Part shown: piece by piece, positions 1 through 9,957 of the stretch
Layout of the letters: the number at the start of each line of letters is the position of its first letter
Numbering within the stretch: the first letter of the stretch is position 1
Source: Octopus vulgaris
Lineage: Eukaryota
Assembly: GCA_951406725.2 (NCBI GenBank)
Contig: OX597818.1
Coordinates: 75,764,001-75,828,000 of the forward strand
Direction of reading: 5' to 3'
DNA: 64,000 bases
Position numbers and translations under genes: made by a program
The notes under the pieces: model-generated
The model's input: only the letters and a program-made list of their open reading frames with translations
The model's database searches: none
Told to the model about the DNA's origin: nothing

Positions 1-112
1 GTGACCAGGGAAACGACCGTGGGAAAGTTGCTGCTCCTTGAACTTTCCTTGCAAACGAGTAAAGGCGCTTTTGGAGACGCTGCCCTTAATTGATGTGGTC
101 TGGCTTCTTTAA

Positions 113-1372
113 GCAGATGACTTTAACCACATCAATGTCGCCGAATTAGATGCGGTGCTGAAAGGGGTGAACTTGGCCCTGAAATGGGGGCTGCCCTCAA
201 TCGAAATCCAGACGGATTCAGCCACTGTGCTTGGCTGGGTAGGATCAGTGATCACTGGTGAGAGGAGAGTTTGGATGAAAGGTGCCGCAGAGATGTTGGT
301 TAAGCACCATCTAGGAGTTCTAGGAGAATTGATTGCTGAGTTCAGACTGAAGCTGAACATGTTTTTTGTGCCTTCGGAGAGAAACAAGGCAGACGCACTG
401 ACCAGGGTGAAAAAGGCGTGGTTGGAGGAACCGGAGGAGGCACAGAAAGGGATAGCTGTGGCATGTCAGTTGGATGACTCTGAACTGAAGAGACTGCATG
501 CTATGCATCACCTGGGTGTGGACAAGACCCTGTATCTGGCGAAGAAAATTGATGCTGACGTTAATAGGAGAAGCAACCGGAAAGTGGTCAGGAGCTGTGA
601 CAGGTGTCAGTCCATTGACCCTGCTCCATGTGGGCATGAGCAAGGAAACCTTTCAGTGGAGCACAACTGGAAAAAGCTAGCTGTAGATGTGATGCACTAC
701 CATCAGGGAATGTATCTCTCCATGGTTGACTGCAGGTTGGGCCAGCTGGCCATTTGGAGGGGGTGGAGAACAGGCACTGCTGACGAGATTGCGCAGATTT
801 TGAACGGGATATATTTAGAGAGGGGTCCCGTGGAAGAACTGCTAATGGACAATAGGGCGGTGTTTTGTTCAGAAGCACTGAGGGATATGCTCGACCAGTG
901 GAAAGTGCATCGCTTGTTCAGAGTAGCATATAGGCCGAGTGGTAACAGAATTGTAGAGAGGCACCATCGGACAGTCAAGTCCATAGCGGAAAGAGGGTAC
1001 ATTTCGCCACTAGAAGTAGTTTTTTGGTACAACATGTCTCCCCAATCTGGACAAGCCGAAGAATCTGTGCCATACAGAGCTGTATTTAAATATGAATGGA
1101 GGCACCCGAGTAAAGCGCCAGAGGGCCACGAGGAAGAGAAGGGACCCACTTGCGTGAAAACAGGGGAGGAAGTCTGGGTTAAGCCACCGAAGGCGCACTG
1201 TACGACTCAGTGGAGCAGAAGAACGGTGATGGCGGTCAATTCCAGAAACAACGTCTCTGTGGATGGAATGCCGCGACATGTCTTGGACCTTCGCAGGATT
1301 GTCGCTTCGTTGGATGACAATTGTGAAGAGAAGGAGAACAAGGTGCCCTCCCAGTTGGATGGTGGATTTCAG
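113..1372 (+). mobile_element. Ty3/Gypsy-like pol fragment (RNase H + integrase), degenerate
   Basis: ORF 155-1393 has RNase H-like AELDAV..QTDSATV..NKADALTR, zinc-binding HAMHHLG..CDRCQ, and integrase core AVDV..LLMDN..IVERHHRTVK. An in-frame stop lies at 110-112. Confidence 0.85.
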
Positions 1373-1679
1373 TGTGGAGTAGAGAGAATGTGATCTTTAA
1401 GATCAGGGTGGCGTGTGGGATGACATCAACAGCTGGGGAGCTGACCGGAAGAGGAAGGGGCAGCAGTGACGCGCATGCAGGCAGGAGAGGATTGGGCCTT
1501 TTCGATCGGGGTAGCCGAGAGAGTTGGATGTGTGAGCGCTTTGTCAAGGTAGGGGAAAAGCACCTGCTATTTATAGCATTCAGGTCAGGCCACGTGGAAG
1601 GGTGCATTACCACTGGAGAGGTCTCCATCAACGAAGAGAAGGTAGGTGTCCTTATTTCAAATCTCCCACATACACCACA
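1373..1679 (-). mobile_element. LTR (307 bp), apparently oriented opposite to the adjacent pol
   Basis: Terminal inverted repeats TGTGGAGTA (1373) / TACACCACA (1679). On the minus strand, GCTATAAATAG lies about 105 nt in and CTTAAAG about 25 nt from the end. No TSD is visible. Confidence 0.6.
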
Positions 1680-1875
1680 CTTTATTCTTTAATAATTTCT
1701 CCATTTCTTTGAGACAGGCTTTATCATCTGTTAGGACTGATACTTCAGTATTCCTTGGTGATATTTGACAACAATATCTGGTCAGTTAATGTTGATCACA
1801 CTGTCTGTATGTATTTGTATGTCCCAAAGAATTGTCACTTTGTTATTCTCAGAGACCTTTCCAGGTGCATTCTTA
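1680..1875 (-). mobile_element. R4/NeSL-type (RLE-class) LINE relic, restriction-like endonuclease region
   Basis: Minus-strand translation NAPGKVSENNKVTILWDIQIHTDSVININ*PDIVV resembles the conserved ILWD..TD..RPDIVV RLE motif. Confidence 0.7.
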
Positions 1876-3079
1876 TCACCTTGATCACATTGACCAACCG
1901 GACTGTCCATGCCTCTCTGGATCCTCAGCACACCATGTCATCAGTGAAATAGAGGTGGGTCAATGACTTGCTGTTAATGTTCACACTACCTCACCAGTCG
2001 ATGTCTGTGATGATCTGATTGAGACACAAGGTGAAGAGTTTCAGAGATGGTGTCTCCTTGTTTGATACCCTTCTCCACCAGTACTCTTATGAGTGACAAC
2101 AGCAGAGATTTGTTAGTGGTACACCCTGAATTCACCTCTTGGTGTTGATCTTGACATTTTCAAAGGCCTTCCCATAAACCACAAACATGACACATGAAGG
2201 CAGTCTGTATTCTTTTGCTCACTCCAGCAATTGGGTCAGGGTGAATATATGATCTCTTGTGCTGTAATTCTTCTGAAAACCTGCTTGTTCCTATGGTTGT
2301 TGTTCATCTAGATGTGATAATTGGTTTAGGATTATCTTCATGAACAACTTGTATACTTGGGACAAGAAGCATATGGGATGATAATTCTTCAGATCTTCAT
2401 TATCTCCATTCTTATTTTGGTGTCAAATTGATGAAGATTATGTATCACTGATCAAAAAACTGAAAGAGTGCTTGAGGAATGTGAAAGAGGCAAGTCCAAA
2501 TGAGCAGAAGGGAAGATCCTTGGAGGAGATAAAGAAACTGCTTGAGAAGAGGAAGAACATGAAGAGAACTGTAGAAGACCACCTTGAATATTCCATTCTC
2601 TGCAGGATGATACGTCAACAGCTGATGAAAGACTTCAAGAAATATCATACAGAAAAGCTCTGAAAGGCTGCCAAAGAAAGAAAGAGCCCTAAGAAGTGTG
2701 AGAGGGAGATGGTATTGTACAGATTGAAGGTGACGTCATTCAAGAACTCAAATGGTGGTCCAGTCAATAAAAAAAGTGAGGTTCAAAAGATCTGTGAAGA
2801 TTTTTATCTTAAACTTTTCAAGTTGGCTGTGGGGACTGAACCATTATCGTCACTCCAAAGAAAGGAAAGTGTGCCACCCATTCACATTAGTGAGGTTGAA
2901 ATGGCTGTCAATTTAATTTGATAGAAAATGGAAAAGCATCAAGGAAAGAAGGCATAACATCTGAAATGTTGAAGTCAGGTGGAGATCAGTTTTGGAAAAT
3001 CTTTGCCAAACAATTTAGTCACCATCTGGACAAAGGTAAAATACTATCACAATGGAAAGAGTCAAAAACCATCCTGCTG
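1876..3079. mobile_element. RTE-like LINE relic with 5' inversion, inserted into the RLE-class LINE
   Basis: The plus-strand piece (~2420-3079) encodes ..GITSEMLKSGG..QWKESKTILL. The minus-strand piece from ~2415 continues KNGDNEDLKNYHPICFLSQVYKLF..EQAGFQKNYSTRDHIF..THLYFTDDMV. CTTA flanks both ends (1872-1875, 3080-3083). Confidence 0.75.
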
Positions 3080-4700
3080 CTTAAGCCACATATTTTATGT
3101 TGGTACTTCATAATGCTTGTGAAATTTCCAATATATATAAGCTACACTTTTATCATGTCTTCTTGGCAAAGATTGGGCAGCCAGAGACAATGTGATAAAT
3201 TGTTTTTTCTATCTCCACATCTTCTGTAGTTACTGTATTCTACTTCATTACATGCTTTGTGGGGTGGGTCTCTGATGAGAGGAGGCTTTGATCTTATGCC
3301 ACATCAAGAATCCTTCTGTTTCAGCTTGGTTTTGTGCCTCTTATTATTGCAAATTTTTCTTCACTACTTCTATGCTGTTCAAATTTTTTAGGTATTGGCC
3401 ATGGAACAGATATTTTTCTCTTGCTGTTGCTTTATCATGGTATCCTGTATTCCTAATTTTTGCTAAAATTTTGATCTTTTCACAATTTTTGTTGCTACTG
3501 CTTTTTCTTCGTACCATATATGTTATTGCAATCTGTTTTATATTTGTTGGTTTTCTTGTTCATGCTTTTTATGTCTATTAGTTTTCCATTATTCTTTATA
3601 TGATAATTTTGTAGTTCTTCTGTAAATACTTTGTAATATTTTTCTAGTTGCTTAAAGCCCCTATCTCCCATGTATTCATGGTAAAAATAATCTTTCAACA
3701 TCAGGTTTTAGATTATGTGTTCTAAATGCAGTTATTATTTTTTTTGTTTTCCTGTTTATTGTTGCTTATTCATTTACCATCCAAATGAGAAAGTGATAGT
3801 ATAATTTATTACTGGGGCTGTGAGTAAATTATTACCCATTATCTTATTCTATGCATTTAGTTCTATTTTAAGTATTTATCTCCTGCATTTATAATGTTCC
3901 TTCATAATCTTTTCTTTCATTTGTGTGTGTGTTGTACATTGTCTAGTTCTTTGATTCCTAAGTATTTGTGTGTGTGTGTTTGGTCTAATTCTTTTGTCTT
4001 AGTTTCTTTAGCATGGATGTTCATAATTAATTTTCACCTTTTGGTGCATATTCTAATTTGAATCTTATTTCAATTTATTTGGTAAATCCATGTACTATCT
4101 GGAGTAGTGTTTCTAGTTGTTTATCATCTGCAGCATATCAGTGAGGTCATCAATAAACAAAAGCTGGTTGATTCTTTTACCTTAGCATTTGTATCCAAAT
4201 CCTGTCCTGATTCATGTTTAGTTTAAAGATATCAATAGCAAATAGAAAGGAAGTGAAGAGAAGAAGTCTTTCTTGAAGTATGTATGTGTGGAGAGAGGAA
4301 GTCTTCTTTGAAGAATTGTAAAAACTAAACCCAACTCTCTGAAAAGTGAGTTGGGTTTAGGTTTTCAATTTTCTCTTTTGTCTGTATTTGTAAAATTGTT
4401 TGCCATTTGCTCATGATAGGTTTCACATGTTTTCTTATTATTGGCTCTAAGATCCATGTGGAGAAAAGTCTATCAAAATTCATCTACTAGTCAATCCATG
4501 TCATGCTCAGATCATTTCTTTTTGCTCTGTAGCCTTCACTTATAGCTTCAGTAATCAGTAATTGATCTGTACATCCATTTGAGCCATTACAGCATCCATT
4601 CTGTTTTTGAGGAAACAGGTTGTTTTTCCAGATGTTAATATATTTTCTGCAATATTATTGCAGTTAAGGCTTTGAAGGTTCTAGAAAGGTAAGCAGCATT
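3080..4700 (-). mobile_element. R4/NeSL-type LINE relic (RT and zinc-knuckle region)
   Basis: Minus-strand motifs QNGCCNGSNGCTDQLLI (~4600-4555), INQLLFIDDL (~4172-4143), KYLGI (~3965) and RHDKSVAYIYWK (~3160). Many stops and frameshifts. Confidence 0.7.
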
Positions 4701-4902
4701 TTGTCTGTCTATACATTCTGCGTTCAAATATCATCAAGATCAACTTTGCCTTTCATCCATCAGGTCAATAAAATAAGTACCACATCCACCAAAATTTCAG
4801 ACATTGTCCCTGTAGCAGAAAGAATTGTTGTTATTGTAAATGGCTGTGTGACAGAAACACTTGAAAGTTGATTAACTTTCTGTCAATATTTTTGCCCTGT
4901 TA

Positions 4903-5120
4903 AGGCAGTGAGGTGGCAGAATTGTTAGCATGCCAGGCAAAATGCTTAGCAGCATTTCATTTATCTTTACATTCTGAGTTCAAATTCCACTGAAGTCAAC
5001 TTTGCCTTTCATCCATTCTAGGTCAATAAAATAAGTACCAGTTGGACACTGAGGTCAATGTAACTGACTTAGCCCCTTCCTCAAAACTGCTAGCTTTGTG
5101 CCAAAATTTGAAACCAATAT
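4903..5120 (+). mobile_element. tRNA-derived SINE (family also at ~17935-18250 and ~18268-18485)
   Basis: GGCAGTGAGGTGGCAGAATTGTTAGC head, B-box-like GAGTTCAAATTCC, and a shared body AACTTTGCCTTTCATCC..AATAAGTACCAG repeated across the window. Confidence 0.65.
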
Positions 5121-6165
5121 TTTGTCCAGTCCTTCAATGGGGTCCCAGCACCACTAGGTTTGACTTTGCCTTTCATCTTTTAGGTGCTAATTTTAACCTG
5201 CTACCTTATTTAATACCACCACTTCTTTGGTACCTTTTAGCAGCTCATTGTGTTTCTGGCATTATAAACTAGACCTCCACTCATGCTAATTTTTTAAATA
5301 TGTGGACTAGCCATTAGCTGTATCAATCTCACCAATCCAGGAGAGGTGGTAGAAGTAAAGGGCATTGTTCCTCCTGCTCTTCTCCAGAATATATAGGAGA
5401 AAAATACTCTGACACAAAACTTGCAGTCAAAATAGTACCAGTCATCTTGCAGTGCTTGTCACTGGAAACTTCTATGGTGACAGAGAGTGCCAAAAGTGTT
5501 GTACAAGCTTTTGTTACTTAAATTCAGTGACATGCAGATGTCTCGCTGTCATTTCATTTCTTGGTCCATTTTTGCATTTTATTAAGTCAGTTCTATGGCA
5601 ATGGATGCATGGCGACATGTAAAGTCATATTTGCACACATGCAAGGATGAAAGTAAACCAGACAGCCATCATCTGACAAGATGTTTTATCACCCACTTGC
5701 ATGAGTCAGACAGAATTCTTTGAGGAAGATTTTCTACAGCTGGAAACCCTTCCTGCCACCAAACCCCACCTGTTTCCAAGCAAGGTAATATTTCCACCTG
5801 GACACTTGCATTTTCATGGAAGATTGGAAAAAAAGGTCACTGCTTATATGCTAGTATGATCACATGATGAGATAATGAGGAGACACAAACACACACTCAT
5901 ATATATATGTGTGTGTTTGTGAGAGAGACATAAGCACTCAACTCTGAGTATGCTATGTCTTATAGCAAAAACAACTGTGAACTAATGAAATTCCTGTTCT
6001 TTTGTCATTTATTAATTGATGTTACACTCTATATTCACCTGATGCTTTACTCCAAAGCATATATGTATCCTGAGTTCTAACAACTGGTTATTAGTATTGC
6101 TGTGCCTAAGTGAAATTATAATATATATATATGAATATGTGTGTGTATGTGTATGTGTACAAATA

Positions 6166-6515
6166 TTAGGTCATCTCATAAATAATGTGTTTTTTTTTAA
6201 ATATTTCTTTATTTTTTCAAATTAAGATAAAGTTCTTTTTTAGTCTAAAATATACTCTCCTTCATTTTCTACAATGCTCTTCCATCTATCTGGTAGACTT
6301 GCAAGATCTCTCTTCCAAAATTCCCTTGTCTATGATGAAAAATACTCCTTCAATACTGTTCTGACCTTGTCTACAGAATTCATATTTTTTCCGTCCAAAT
6401 GATTTTGCAAACTGCAGAATAAAGGATAATCAGATAGGGCAATATCCAGTGAATATGGCAGGTGGAGCATCGTTTCCCATTCAAACTGCTCTAGCCTTTG
6501 GAATATCATCTTTGC
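6166..6515 (-). mobile_element. mariner transposase 3' fragment with one TIR
   Basis: HLPYSLDIALSDYPLFCSLQNHLDGK matches the YSPDLAPSDY motif. TA-TTAGGTC end at 6164-6172. Confidence 0.75.
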
Positions 6516-6524
6516 TTTATATAT

Positions 6525-6684
6525 ACGATGGGCTTCTTTCAGTTTCTGTCTACCAAATCCACTCACAAGGCTTTGGTTGGTCCGAGGCTATAGTAGAAGA
6601 CTTGCCTAATGTGCCACACAGTGGGACTGAACCCAGAACCATGTGGTTGGTAAGCAAGCTTCTTAGCACACAGCCACTCTTGTG

Positions 6685-6685
<1 letters not shown>
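6525..6685 (-). mobile_element. abundant tRNA-derived SINE, 5' part (many copies in window)
   Basis: Reverse complement of the family head GTGGCTGTGT..AAGAAGCTTGCT..CCAACCACATGGTTC.GGGTTCAGTCCCAC, also seen at about 12685, 12965, 21120-21530, 24235, 40165, 42515, 47843, 57205 and 60915. Confidence 0.75.
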
Positions 6686-6751
<66 letters not shown>

Positions 6752-6859
6752 TAACACACATATACATATATCATCCAGCTCATTCCAGCATGGAAAATGG
6801 GCATTAATTGATGATGATGGTGATATATCATGGTATTGTCGATAGAAAGGATTAGGCCC

Positions 6860-7620
6860 CTGATATGTCCTGCATTATGACAACGTTACTTCATCGTCTG
6901 CATGACTGGCTCATACAGTGTACCTCATCAACTGACACTTCTAACTGTGTCTGTCCACTATTTATTAGTAGTGGACCTGCCCACTTCTAACTTGGGGGTG
7001 TCCACCACAACACCTTCCCCCTTTGAGATTTTTTTTCTTTCACTACAGAATTATTTTTCTCTTCAGAACGCTTCAGGTAGTACTAGTCTACATTGTTTAC
7101 TGGTAGCTCTACCAACACTTAGCAACCTGACATAAATCCTTCGCATGGACTTATTATTTTTTTTTTCACACAGAATTATTTTCTCTTCAGAATGCCACAG
7201 ATAGTACCAGTCTACATTGTTTACTGGTAGCACTACTAACATATAGTAACCTGACAGAAATCCTACAAACAGACTTATATTATTTTTCACTGTGTGTAGT
7301 TCAGAATTGTGTTTGAGTTCCACTTTTATCAGACATTTTCTTCTTCAGAATCTTTTTTCAATAGAATTTATATATTTTTCATTGTATATATTATTTTTTC
7401 ACTGTGTATAGTTCAGTTTTGTGTTAGTCTTATCTGCCACTGCATGTAGTTCGACCCCTCATCGCAACTGATGCGTCCCATATAATGACAACATAACTTA
7501 TCATCAGCGTGACTGCCATATGGCATACCTCACTGACTGACACTACTTGCTGTGTCTGTCTACTATTTATTAGTAGTGGACCAGCCCATTTTTCACTTGG
7601 GTGTGTCCATCACAACAACC
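6860..7620. repeat. element with diverged ~150-bp terminal direct repeats and internal duplications
   Basis: 6860-7013 and 7468-7620 share CTGTGTCTGTC.ACTATTTATTAGTAGTGGACC..CACAACA. There is an internal ~95-bp duplication (~7045-7140 / ~7170-7265). Confidence 0.5.
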
Positions 7621-7813
7621 CATAAAATCACAATTTCCAGCCTTGAAGTAAGCTTTATCACATATAAGACTGTAGAAATGACTATAAATCTAAAAGTGAC
7701 CATGCCAGAAACCATGGTGATTGAAGTCAGTGTCTTTGACATTATCTTTCTTGTGAAGTCCTCCAAAAATTCTCTAAAAGAATTTTTTTTTCCTTTTTAA
7801 ATACCATGAACAG

Positions 7814-8104
7814 GACAACTTCTCGACCCCTGTCAGCACCAAATAAGTTCCAGATACACTCAATAGAAAGGAAATTGGAATTCCAAAAGAATTTCATGAA
7901 AGAACAACAAAAGCAGTTAAAAGAACAGAAACGATTAATTGAAGAATTGCAAAGCAATCAACGCTGTGAAAAGTTGAAGAATGAAATCTCAATGAAAACG
8001 AAGACTAATCAAGGAGTTAATATTAATCCATTGTCATCAATTAAATCTGGAGGTGTGAAACAGCAGATTCTGAACCAAACATCAAAACATTCTTCAGCAG
8101 AGAG
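7814..8104 (+). CDS. CCDC191: CCDC191-like, internal coding exon (upstream exons outside the window or not identified)
   Basis: CAG acceptor 7811-7813 and GTAAGG donor at 8105. Encodes coiled-coil ERKLEFQKNFMKEQQKQLKEQKRLIEELQ; phase 2/2 is compatible with the next exon. Confidence 0.75.
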
Positions 8105-8214
8105 GTAAGGCAGTCTTCATTCCATTTTTAAAACAAAATTTTTCAGTTATACACAATCGCACCAACTTTTTCAGTTACACAGCTAAATAGAATGGACCAA
8201 GTGTTGTTGACATA

Positions 8215-8960
8215 ATGAAGTATACCATTCCATTATACCTGCTTACTGCTATGTATAAGTGGGTTGTTGTCAGTTAAGTAACTTAGCTATAGACACAGTA
8301 CAATGAATATACCACACTGTGGTACCTGCTTACAACTAGTTAGATTGAGCTGTTGAGTATTTCAGTTGTGAACACAGTATAGTGAACTAAATCATACTGT
8401 GGTACTTACTTAAAGACTCATAGACTGAGCTTTAACAGTTAAGTATCTTGGTCATGGAGATAGTACTTTAGTATCTTACAATAGTACCTACCTACAGCAA
8501 AGTAGACTGAGCAGTTAAGTATCTCAGTTGTGAACACAGTACAGTGAATTACACCATATGGTGGTACCTATTTACAGTCACATAGACTGAACTGTTAACA
8601 GTTAAGTATCTTGGTCATGGGCATAGTACTGTAAGTACCATATGGTAGTGCTTACAGTGAGGTAGACTGAGCTGTTGACAGTTAAATACTTTGGTCACAG
8701 ACACAGTACAGTAAAGTATACCACACTTTGGTACCTACTTATAGCTAGTTAGACTCACCTGTTAAAAGTATCTTGGCTGCAGACACAGAACAGTAAATAT
8801 ACCATACACTGGTACCCACCTACAAGCTAGGTGGACTGTGCTGTTGTTAGTCAAGTATCTTGGTCATGGACACTGTACAATGAAATATACCATAGTCTGG
8901 TACCAACTTATAGCTAAATGGACTGAGCTATTGAATACCTTGTCCCTGGACATAACAAAC
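8215..8960. repeat. degenerate intronic minisatellite, ~82-bp unit, about 9 copies
   Basis: The TGGTACC-type anchor recurs at ~8319, 8398, 8481, 8560, 8641, 8728, 8809 and 8897. Confidence 0.75.
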
Positions 8961-9622
8961 AATACAGTGACAAGGCACTGAGTCTTACTAACTTGGTCAT
9001 CTGCTTCACTCATTGTACCTGGTACCACCACATGGCTACAAGTCAATCTTTGTATCATTTGAAATTATTACCTCTGTCTTGTGGATACAGTATTAGATGA
9101 CCAGCTCAAATGTTTGTGTTTCAAATTCACTGCAGGTATTTTGTTGTATTTTGTTTGAATAATATTTTCCTCACACACCAGTTCACCCAGGTGCTACATC
9201 ATAGAACTAGAATTAAGCCCAAAGAGAGCTTTATAGTTAATCTACTTGAAAGTATTTCCCCTTTGGCATATCTGCTAGGCATGAGCCCTTAAAAATATCA
9301 TCTAAACATCAGCCCTTACAAGCATGCTGTTGTTTAATTTCAGGTTAGTTTTAATTCAGCAGACCTATAGTTAGCTCTCTTGTCTTTTAACCAGATATAG
9401 TGTATCTAGGACTACATTAGCCATTGTGTCCATTAATTTTTGAAGATGGTCCAAGGATAGAGCTCATTAGATAGTGTAGTCCTACAAACCCCTAAACATT
9501 CAGAATGATCATCACTGGAATACCTTATGTCATAGGTTAACCTGGAGCTGAACAACAACAACTAGCAATAGCAATGTTTGTTATTTACTAAACTTAATGT
9601 TTTCTCTGAATCTCTCCAAAAG

Positions 9623-9957
9623 TTGCTCTCCAGAGTCTCAAGTAGAATCTCAAACAGATTCACGGGCAGAATCTCGGACAGACTCATGGATTGAATCCCG
9701 AATGGAATTTTATGCAGAATCTCATATAGAGTCTAATACAGAAATTCAGACAGAATCTGAAATAGACTCTCAAACAGACTCTCGAATAGGATCTCGAACT
9801 GGATCTCGAATCGGATCTCAGACAGAATCTCGAGCAGACTCTCGGACAGACGCTCGGACAGGCTCTCGCACTGAGTCATATGATGAGTCTTGTCCTTCAT
9901 CTTCTACCAGAACTTCATCTCAAAATCGATCTCAAAGACACCAAACATTCGTGAGAA
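9623..9957 (+). CDS. CCDC191: CCDC191-like exon with 12-nt tandem repeats (Ser/Arg/Thr/Asp/Glu-rich)
   Basis: AAAG acceptor (phase 2) and GTAAGC donor at 9958 (phase 1) join the flanking exons in frame, giving ..QTFVRNLENRANERK. Confidence 0.65.

Noticed and set aside
3272-3290. Isolated CTGATGA (also near 28630 and 59385)
   Set aside because: No downstream GAAA with paired stems; expected by chance.
8215-8960. Regularly spaced repeats resembling a CRISPR array
   Set aside because: Whole units are homologous with no unique spacers, the context is a eukaryotic intron, and there are no cas genes.
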